Source: Catajapyx aquilonaris
Taxonomy: Eukaryota
Reading direction: 5' to 3'
NCBI GenBank assembly: GCA_000934665.2
Contig: KZ538417.1
Location: forward strand, 1 to 64,000
Length of the DNA: 64,000 nt
Part shown: positions 54,012 to 64,000 of the stretch, piece after piece
Layout of the letters: each line of letters opens with the position of its first letter
Numbering within the stretch: position 1 is the stretch's first letter
Notes under the pieces: model-generated
Told to the model about the DNA's origin: nothing
Seen by the model: only the letters and a program-made list of their open reading frames with translations
Database searches by the model: none
Made by a program: the position numbers and the translations under genes

Positions 54012-56732
54012 TAGTTTTTTTTGCGAATCACTGGAACAACATACAAATTATTATTTTTCAGTTAATGTGAAGTATTTTTGCACACTTCTATGCCAGCAAT
54101 CAGACTCATTGAACCATTTTGGCGCGATGTAAAACCGGACAATCTAATTTTAATGGTGGTCGCCAGGAACCCAAAAATCTGCAGGATTGAATACTAATTA
54201 TAATTTAATTTTCTTACATTGCTCCACATTATACTGCGGTAAATGAAATACACAAGGCCTGGGGGTTTCATTATTACCCAAGAGTATAATCCTGTATAAG
54301 TTAGGGTATAGAACTTGGGCAAACAAAACAAAAATATTCGCACAGTGTGAAATCCACGGCCTGTACAACACAAATAAATTTTCCAACCAGCTGCGCCTGT
54401 ATTGTGCCTGCGCTGCGTTATGCTTTTAAACTCTAGAAAAAATAAAAGCTCGAATCTGCATTTTGTTGCTGCCTACGTTCAGGAAAATCCGGGCAAGAAT
54501 GAAAGCAAACCATTGCTGTTTTTTGTCTGGCTTTAAAAACACATCCTGTCTTGATGGCCCAAATGGAAATGTACAAATTCACATTTGTTTAAATTATAGT
54601 CCTTGCCATACAATATGGTGTGTAGTTAGCAGAGGCGATGGAAGTATCGTAGGTTGTGTGCGAGACATCTGATGTAATCGCCTTGTACACACAGCTCTCT
54701 TCAGACGTTTTTGTCTGAATTCTTCGGTGAATTTCGCGTGTTCCAGACTGCTTGAAGGAAAAAAAAGAGGAGGTTAATAAGCGAATCACCGATCAGGCCT
54801 CCGGGTGCTGGAATTGGGGGTGGTAGAAGAGGTGATTACACGATAAGGAAGGAAGCAATCATTCCTAGGATTCCTCCAGAGTTTTCCAACCTGGAAAGAA
54901 AAAAAAGAGAGAACAGACTTGTAATTCAGCAGATTGTAAAAGTGGCCCAGATTTCTACTCAGGATCACAGCCACTTATACACAGAACATGAAAACTAGGA
55001 CCGTACTAATTGGCATGCTCATTAAATACTCACATTACTCTGTCCAATTTCTCTGATTCTATTGTTTCTCTCTGTACATGGCCAGGATTTTCTTTCTCGG
55101 CCTCGGGCATGACAAATATTAGGTTGGAAGTCGGTTGCATATGAATTTGTGTGTGTGTGTGTTTCTCTGGCTACATTATAAGGCGACGTTTCCGTAAGCC
55201 CCACTTCCCCGCTGCAACACGCGTGTTTTACAGGAAGGATTTGCTTAAGAACCGCCGCTCTCTGGTATAGGTTCCGGTGCAGAGAGAGAGAGAGAGAGAG
55301 AGGTTTCTCCCTATTTCACCCAAAATTTCCATACCTGGAGAGGGCCTGAGATGGGTTCCAGGGCGACAGCTGCCAGGAATCCTATGCTTCCGGGAGCCTG
55401 GCTCTTTCCATAGAAATAGGCCTACCCAGACCAGCCTTCCCCATCAGCATACCACCTCCCTTCAATATGGTTTCGCCCCTTGCTTGGTTGGCTCAGGTCA
55501 ATGGTTGAACCTCCTAAATTAATATAAAAGGGGACCACCCATTACGTTTGAAAGCTCCAAGATACCTAATCGTCTTATTCTCTCTGTGAAGGGCTTGTAG
55601 TACATATATGTGTGCGCCACTTTGATTCTAAGGACAAAGTATAACATACTATGCAACCTTGTCAGGTGAGGAAATGCAAAGTATGTCAATCCCCACTTTC
55701 CACAAGGAATCAATTGGGAGGCATATAGTCCAGCAGATGAGGAGTGGAGTCCAATCCCGGGACTCCCCCAAAATCCGCGGATTCCAACTGAGGATGACAT
55801 TCTTGGAAAGGAGGGCGAACAATGCTTGTCAAAGTATAGTGGAGGGAATTGGATGCGAAGACGTTTGATTTGCCTGGCATCCACCTTGCGCCTTTTCCAA
55901 TTATTGAAGCAGCCTCGGTGCTATATACTAGGGAGGGAAAGACTGGCTTAAGACCCACCCCACTACGGAGAACACAGGATGAGACGGAAAGCCGGGCACT
56001 TAATCCGCAATAAGACGGATGGCGTCAAAGCGGATTAGACTCTAACACCTAAGGTCTGAGGATCATAAGATATTGCATTAGACCAGACCCTATAGCAGAT
56101 ACACTGCTGGATACAAAATCACCTCTCGTAAAGGAGGGTTGCACCAACTTCCAGGAAATTTTTTCCAAGGGTTGGTGCAACCGGTTGATGAATTTACGCA
56201 CGACGCATAATTATATCAATCTATCAAATCTGCGTGGCCATATTAAATCCCGAGGACTTTGCAGACTCCACAAGTGCATATCTGATTCGAGGTAGAGAAA
56301 AGGGGAGGGGACGACGCTTCCCGACGCTGCCGACGCCTGTGGGGAATCCCCCTCCTGCGCGCTGCTTTTCCTAATTAAATTAACTCGATTCAGAACTCGG
56401 ATTTCGTCATGATGTGAATCCTTGTCAGCGACGGTTTCCTATTATCTTTTCCTGGGGAAAGGAGGCGCCCTCCAGGGAAGTGGGCAGGGGATTTGGAAAT
56501 TAATTAAGCATGAAAGTTTGTCAAGTCAAACCCTTCTCTCCCCCACCCCATCCAGCACCGTCTTTTCTCCGCCAGTGATGTTGTCCTAACGAGACGCATT
56601 CACTTTCCGACACCCTTGTTTTCACAACATGCTCTGAAGCAATTCAACCAACATTTTGAATCATCACGTATGCAGCACATGTTATGAGCGGATTAGGAAA
56701 ATTCATGCAGTGTGTTAATTCAATGCCAGCTC

Positions 56733-56793
56733 TTTTTCAGTGCAGAAAGTTGTGGTTGGAATGATTCCAACCACAACTTTCTGCACTGAAAAA
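56733..56793. repeat. Perfect palindrome, 30-bp arms with 1-nt loop
   Basis: tttttcagtgcagaaagttgtggttggaat-g-attccaaccacaactttctgcactgaaaaa, checked base by base. Confidence 0.95.
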
Positions 56794-57930
56794 TGGGCTG
56801 TAAATATCTACACAGCAATCAGGTGAGTTTGTCTCGATCTGTTTCCAACCTGTTTCGCTTGCCTGGACTATTTTTTTCCAACCCACCTCCTGCCCTTCCA
56901 TTCAGGCTCAAACGTTCTCATCGACATCAATCATACTTGTAACTTTGTTCCACTCCATTCCACCTCCATTGCTGTGGCAGAAGGGTTGGAGTGTTACTGG
57001 GGGAAAAAAATTCCAAACGTCTATGAATGGAAGTTAATGGAACTGCCAGCCCGTGTGTTTGAGGCTGCTTTCACATACCAAATACCGGTTCTAAACCCGC
57101 CTCATCAGACTATCTCCCACCCCCTAAAAAAATCCGGACCTTTTTTTTCTCGCACTGAGCTACTCCGCCAAATTACAAATCCAAACCGTGAATCATGTTA
57201 GTAGCCCAAAGTCAATCCCGGAAACCTTTATCCGGGGTGGGGTGGGTCCATATCCCAAATTGGATATCCCCCAACGTATCTGTGTCTCTCCTCCGGTTTG
57301 GTGGGTAGATATGAAGCTTGCTGGTCCGTGTAGTTAGTAGGGGGGGGGGGGTTGTGTCTGAGAGAGAAAATCCGGATGGGGTGTCCCTTCCTCCCCCCCC
57401 AGAAATCCGGGGAGGCTCTTAAAAGCGACGCGTCCCCCGGCCAACATCCTCCCCCTTTGCAATTATGCTAATTTTGGGAGTAAACAAATCCGGGTTTCCC
57501 AATTTACAAGCCTGGCCCAACCCTCCAATAATGACGACCCCAACCATTCAACGTTTAGATTGACTTCATTTGTCTTCTCCTCTGTATTGAAAAAACGGCA
57601 CGAAGTTGTCAAGATTTTTTTTTTTTTAAACGAGTAAGATGAAAATTGCTGTACCGAGCACTGTGGGGATGTGCAATTGGAAACCGAACCCTCTCTTCAT
57701 GTTTCATCCCTTCCATTGTGTCATATTTCCATTATGGAAAGTTCATACAGGTGCACTTTGAAGTGCAAATATTTTCAAACTCCGGGCATTCAGTAGTGGT
57801 TTGGAATATAAAAACCGGGGTGAAACTAGTTGAGATTCCGGGCAGTGTAAGTACGTGTCCTGTGACATATTGCCATCTGGAAATATGATAAATCGACCGG
57901 TTTGTGTGAGAAACATAGGCGGAGAAAATA

Positions 57931-58122
57931 CCGTCAAACGGGGTGAGATTGTGCCAGCCCATTTTTTTGGACAACAGTGCGCCCTACCGTCATTTATTCG
58001 TCATTGTCAACCTTGAGCTCAATGTAGTGAAACATGTCTAAATACGCTAGTTTACGCCTGCTGCCAGAAGGGCGCACTGTTGTCCAAAAATGCGCTGGCA
58101 CAATCTCACCCCGTTTGACGGG
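57931..58122. mobile_element. TA-flanked MITE (pogo/Tc1-mariner-like)
   Basis: TA|CCGTCAAACGGGGTGAGATTGTGCCAGC...TTTTTGGACAACAGTGCGCCCT at the left and AGGGCGCACTGTTGTCCAAAAA...GCTGGCACAATCTCACCCCGTTTGACGG(G)|TA at the right; TIRs about 55 bp. Confidence 0.85.
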
Positions 58123-59634
58123 TATTTTTATTTATTAAGTTCGTTTGCAGTTTTTGCCAAATTTTTGGTCTCCCCATACAGCCAGTATCGTTTCAACGAT
58201 AAGTGAAACGAGCCGGTCTTCGCTTCCTCATTAACGCAAAGCAGAAGGTTAATTAAGTAGAGTCTCGGGTTCCTTTGTGGCAGCACCGCAACTCTGCGAA
58301 GATGCGTTTGTTGTATATCAGAGGGGGTCTGGGTATTGCGGGATGGGGGCCCTTGAACAATGGAAGGGCCCGAGGTCTTTCTTAGCTCGGGGGGTGATTT
58401 CGGCAGCAATAACACTGGTGGCAGGCAGTGGGCAAGGGGAAATCGAGTCCCTGGGTTTATACACCCGCAAACACGGGGAATAATAACCGGCTGAGGCCAG
58501 ACATGTTGGATGGAAAGGTGGGCTAGCTGATGCCAATTCCATTGAGTGGCAAACAGCGAAAGTCCATTAAAGTGGGTCCCTATTTCAGCGAGAGAGAAAA
58601 GCGGGGGCCGCAAATAAATTCCTGGGGCCCACCCTTGGCAGCCAGTGGGTAGTAGGAAAACTCTCCTTGGAAGAAAAAGAGAATTGTAGAAAGGAAGAAG
58701 AAGGCTCCTTAATCGCTTTTGTTTGCCATTGGAGCTCCTAACTTCCACGGCCATCTCCATGGCCATCAAGCCGCAGGGAAATGAGCCTAAGCAAAAGTCC
58801 CCAGGGATTGTTGCGCTATCACCAAACTCTCTCCTACCTTTGGGCCTCCTTTTTTCCAGCTTCCTCCGCCATTCCAACATCCAATAAACCCTCCTTTGGT
58901 CCTACCATTTTCCTGCTTTGTTGTTGTTCCAGAACGATTGGCTTGGCCCATTTCACTGCACGAACTTCTTTTCCGCACTAAAGGGATGCTGCGAGGACCA
59001 CATCTGGTTATTGCTTGCCATACTTCTAATTGAATGGGAAAAATGAAACAACCACATATCACCCTGCATGTAATGGGGTAGCTAACTTCAAACATACGCA
59101 TTTATTTGAACATAGTAGACCTAACAGCAACATGAGAAATGGGATCTGCAGCATCCATATGTTGCTTTCATATCGGACTGACGCTGCAATTGGACCCAAT
59201 CCTGTTGATAGCAGAACCCTGCAGGGGGGTGGAAACCGTATTATCCGAAATTCTTCCGATACACCTTCTCTTCCCGCCTCTTGCTCGAGACCCCCCCAAA
59301 AAAGCGAGTGAATCCATCTCTTGTTCTCTCCTTTTTATTATCCGATGCCTGAGGGTCAAGTGCGGCGACCATTCGTGAAATTAATGGAAAAAGCGATCGA
59401 TTCCCGGAAAAGCAAACAGAACGCACTCGTCCCCCCCCCCCCTTTCAAGCAACCAACCCCTGGTCCAACCAGCCAAACCTCCAAAACTAATTACAAAGAT
59501 GGAGAATCCGTGTCTACTAAATTTCTGAAAGCACTCGAAGACGACGAGTCAGAAAGCGACGGCCATTATGAACCTTTCCTCAAAGTCAAATGAGCGCTGG
59601 GTTATTTTTGACTAACAAATTCGCGGTTCAAAGA

Positions 59635-59841
59635 GTAGCGGTGATTAATAGTTGCTACTTATCGCAGCTACTTTTAATAGCGGCGAAAACTTTGGATGTG
59701 AGACAAATCCTGGACAAATCGCAACTTTTTATTAGCGGTGATTATTAGCACTTGTCGGTGGCTACTAATCGCAGATATTGTTAATAGCGGTGATTAATAG
59801 CAATTTTGAGGTGCTTCTAATCGCAGCTACTTTTCAGTAGC
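59635..59841. repeat. Degenerate internally repeated element (tagcggtgatta(a/t)tag and ct(a/t)ct(a/t)atcgcag motifs, x3 each)
   Basis: The two motifs alternate three times; probably a transposon subterminal-repeat remnant. Confidence 0.55.
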
Positions 59842-62800
59842 TGTGACCGATTTTTGGAGATCTCGCGTATAAAGGGGGATGCACAACAACTCGTTAACGA
59901 GTGTGAAATGTGGGTGGAGTTGGGAGGAGACCAGCCAGCATTTGGCTGCAGATTAACACTGGAAGGTTGTCCCGTTAATTACGCAATAATGGGACAAACC
60001 ACTTTTGGGTGGGTAGCCGCCTTTCATCGAGTTTTGGGAGGGGGAGGACATTCCTTATTCATTTGGCGGGGAAAGGCTGCAGCAGCCAGCCCACCCTACT
60101 CTCCGCTCGATTTTCCATCCGGTTCCCTCATCCTAACTTGTTGGGTTAAATTGGGTCAGATCTGCCCCCTAATGAGTGAGACTGGGGCAATTTGGCCCCG
60201 GGCAAAGGCCCCCTCTCCAACTCCAGGCTGCCTGATTACTCAGACATGCGTTAAGAAGACTGACTCGTTTTGGCCTCTTCCTTGCTCCTCCTATTCCGAT
60301 ATTCAATTTGGCTCAAACATCGCCATTTTCTCGAGGACGAAACCCTTCCCACACCCACCCAACCACCCTTTGAAAATCGCCCAAAATGAAATGATGCTCG
60401 TTTTATTCGCTGATATTGGCCCCACGGTTTTTTTGAGAGGAGAGTTGCGAGGTTTTCAAAGGATAGGAGGGAGGCTGGGGGGAGGATAACATGGTTATTT
60501 GCATACAACTTTGTTCAAGTCGACGAAGGGCCCAACAATTGCGAGCGGTATCGGCCTGAGCCCCGAAATATACTGGAGCGAGTGAGGGTAATGGAAAAGT
60601 ACTGCATTTACTTTTTGCGAGACGATCAAAGGATGAAAATTTTAAAGCCCGATTGACTTCATCACTTTCTTTTCAAATATTGGCAGGTTATATGATACAA
60701 TATTTGGAAAATGGAAATTTTGGCAATTTTGGCCAATTTAGTAATATTTGCACAAGTAATAAATTTGTACTCATAATATTAGAAAATGTACAATATTAGT
60801 AAAGGTATACCTTTCCACTTCGACGTTGTTTCATCCTGGCATGATGCAACCCAAGAAACACGCTTTGCATTTTGGAATATTTGGACATTTTGCAACAGTT
60901 GGAAGTTTGCAGAGACGAAATTGTGATTTATTTTGATAACTAAAGCTAGAGTTTGCATTTGATTGCCAGGAATGTGTGCGCTTTATGCGTGAAGCATTTC
61001 GCAATATTTTGCATGGCTCGTCCTGAAATTTTGTGCAAATGTAGGCGATTTAACACATGCTTGCACAAGGAACTTGCATGCGGGCAAAAACTTAATACTG
61101 TGTCCTGTGTTTGTCGCCCTTGAATGCCGGCCATGAGCCATTTTGCATCCTGAAAAGTGAATTACACCACATTCCTTACCACAATTTACGAACATGTGTC
61201 CTCAGGCGTATTTTCCGCAAAAACTTTTCTTCATACACAGCACTCTTTTGTCATCTTTTTGCAAATTCGCAGGCTTGCTCTGATTACAATTTGTTTAATA
61301 ACAATTAGGGTGCGGTCAATATTTGTTCTTGAAACCACCTGAGGCAAAGTAACTCATCATGTTAAAATTGGCAGCTCATGCAATTAGTTTAAAATCTTCA
61401 AGATGGACTATAAACCCAGCTGCTGACTGAGCTCCGGCGGTGCTGCAATCCATTTACTTAAAGACAGAGTAATCTCGTGTTGGCTCATACTGCTGATCAA
61501 AGACAAGTCTGAGATGAATTTCTGGACAGCACTATTTTGGCACAAACATATTATTTACTCTCAGAAATATCCGTAGCTCTTACTCTAATGATTTCGCGCA
61601 AAATTTTTGCGAATAAATTATAATCGGTCTGGATCCAGAAAGTGTAATTTTTTCTGCCTCCATGTTAGATACTCCTGTGCAATACTCCAGCACTAAATCA
61701 ATGGAGCTGACACCGGGTGTTCATTTCGTTAAAGGAGGCTAAAGGAGCTGGCTTTTTTGTTACGAAAAGATAGCACTTTTCGCAGTTAAGAGATCAGCAG
61801 GCGTAAATCACCTGTGTAGTGTCAAGCCTGGAAATTGCAGACTTTTGAACCCTTTTCTGGCTTTATGCTAGGGTATCGGGTGTCGTCGTCCGGCGTTCAA
61901 TTTGCGAACCAATTGGCGGGGAGGGGCTGCAATGTGAACGCGTGCAAATTGCCTTTTAATGGAACAATGGAGTGGAGGAAATACTTTACAATCCCCGCAG
62001 GTGCCAGGGGAAATTCCGGCTCAAATTCCGCCGAACAAACCCAGCTAGCAGCATGCAGGTCCGTGCAAATCCTTTTCCTTTTTTTTCTACAAGCTAGAGC
62101 GAGAACGGAAAGTCCGCTTGATTCAGCCTGGAGAAAAGCCCTCCCAGTCCTGTTTTCCAGAACAAGCCAAAAGCTTCAGGCTCCCACTGATGCTTTCCAG
62201 TCCCATGCTTCGATTCAAGCTGGAGAGAAAGACCTGGTTGTGTGCAAGGGGTTAAATTTCCTATATAGGGAACCCTCAGGGGACCGTTCAGACGCCCCCG
62301 CTTTCCGAGGAGACAACCACGACAGGTGTCATATCAACTGTGGAGAGGCCTCCAGACACTATTTCGCCTTCATGAATATTGCGAGAGGACTCAATTTCAG
62401 ATATGACAATGCTGTGAAAGACGGCTTTTTTTCAGGCGGCCAATCAGCTTGAGCTATCCGCTCTGAGTGGCCAACAGCGTTGCCATTTAGAGGAAGAGCA
62501 TATGCCTTGTTTTAATCACATTTTCTGTTTTCTGAGAATGTGATATCAGTATATCCTACACCCTACACAATGATTCAATAGTACAGTAGGCTACCTAGAA
62601 ACTTTGGCTTGTAGGAATCACCTTGTCCAGTGTGCAACCGAGCTGGCAATGCAGCACTTGCACTGGCCAATCCCAAACATGTTTGCTCTCTGAGTGGCCA
62701 CCGCAGTGTTGCCATATTGAGCCAGCCCTCATTTCTAATTGCACGAAGAGTGTCAGCATGAGTGGTCAGGATTATCCATGCCGTTGGGCGTAAACAGGGC

Positions 62801-63528
62801 AGGTGTGTGGAGGATATGGGTATATCCTGACATTTGGCGCAATTCCCATGCCTTAACTAGACTGCAGAGGGGCTCGAGGATGGGTAAAAATATCTATCTC
62901 TCTCACTTTGTCGTTTTGCAACTCATCTCTGGGGAGTTTCATTTTAATCCGTGTGTCATCCATAATGGAAAGAGTTGGTATCCTGGGCAAGGGGTTCGAT
63001 CGGAATGGGATGAAGGTCCGGTTTTTTGGGGGGGAACATGAAAGCACCACATGAGTTGGGATTGGTTGGAGGAGCTAAAAAAAAACGAGTATGTAGAGCG
63101 GAGATAGGGGAGTGAGAGTGTGTAGTATATGTGTGGCGGGGGTATGTCATGCGTCACGCACCATAGCCGCATGCGAATGGAGCCCCGTGTTACTATTAAA
63201 AGAGCCTTCACAAACACGGGTACAAAGTGTGGCGGACACGACATATGCATTTGGCAACATTAACCCCCACGGTTGCTGTCATGTAAATGTTGAGATGACC
63301 GTGCACCGACGAGCCTTGTCCCGGATCAGAGTGCCCGCTTTGATTATTGTGTGTCTGATTAAATGGGCTAACCGCCGGAACAAGTTGGCCGAGCAAATGT
63401 TTTTAGAGTTGTTTTTTTTTTTACTGTACGTGGGGGTTGCGGGTACGGAGCAATGTCCGACCTTATTTTTAGGTCGACTTGAAGGATAGAAAATTTCATC
63501 AAAATTTGGCAGCTAGTGTAAGATTGTT

Positions 63529-63633
63529 CTTAACTGAATATTTCTTTCTCTTGCAGGTAAGTGTTGTCGGCCATAACTTCGTTGCTCAAGGGGTTCTCCA
63601 TGTGGAATTTTTTTCCAATTTTGTCAGGTAAGC
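63529..63633 (+). promoter_or_regulatory. Candidate recursive splice site (ratchet point) 2 with downstream cryptic RP-exon donor
   Basis: CTTAAC branch-point-like motif (63529-63534), AG-free tract atatttctttctcttg, CAG (63554-63556) abutting GTAAGT (63557-63562). A second donor CAG|GTAAGC at 63628 would define a 71-nt cryptic exon (63557-63627). Shares the 13-mer TTGCAGGTAAGTG with site 1. Confidence 0.72.
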
Positions 63634-64000
63634 AATTTTTTGACAGTACTTTTCTCGTACAGTACCAGTATTATTTAACAAAACGAAGCAGCAATTCCTC
63701 CAGTTCTCTCGAGTTACAGTCGGTATATAGCAAAAGAGAGGTGGTGCTCATCGATTCCTGGGAATGGGAATTGGTGAAATGGTAGCTTCATCATCATCAA
63801 GCACCAATTTTCCTCTAGAGGAGCATTTGGCGAATTGGTTTCTCGATTCTCGCCTTGCACAAGTCAGCCCTGTCTTTCTCTACAAAGAGTACAAAAAAAA
63901 AGATCAGGACGAGGTAGAACTGGAGGCGGGAAAAAAATAAGTGGTAGGGAACTTTTGGGAGCAACATTTTTTTTCTCTCTTACTCTCTTCCTAAGGGCCA

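Noticed and set aside
55670..55951. 93-codon stop-free frame (GNAKYVNPHFPQGINWEAYSP...) that looks protein-like
   Set aside because: No early start codon, convincing splice boundaries or family that I recognise; a BLASTx search would settle it.
56137..56182. Short hairpins (12-bp arms here, 15-bp arms at 11214-11265)
   Set aside because: Too short to assign; likely MITE remnants or chance.
58128..58880. Longest ORF (250 aa, minus strand), and similarly 59854-60489 and 61835-62452
   Set aside because: No recognisable domain, composition typical of non-coding GC-richer DNA, non-ATG starts; compatible with chance.

Overview
A 64-kb stretch of animal genomic DNA, probably arthropod-like judging by its repeat content (inference). 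I found no credible protein-coding ORF, rRNA, tRNA or CRISPR array; the listed ORFs are short, low-complexity or repeat-derived. The window alternates between GC-richer islands with homopolymers and microsatellites and AT-rich tracts. It carries many short non-autonomous DNA transposons (Tc1/mariner-, PIF/Harbinger-, piggyBac- and pogo-type MITEs and a mini-Helitron), a dispersed repeat family with about 9 copies, several near-perfect palindromes and a 15-bp minisatellite. The most striking signal is two + strand sites with the architecture of recursive-splicing ratchet points, about 40.7 kb apart (AG|GT junctions at 22897/22898 and 63556/63557). Each has a branch point, an AG-free pyrimidine tract and CAG|GTAAGT, and each is followed 46 or 71 nt later by a second 5' splice site that would define a short cryptic exon. 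This suggests the window lies inside a giant intron of a + strand gene that is removed in steps. The host gene cannot be identified from this window.
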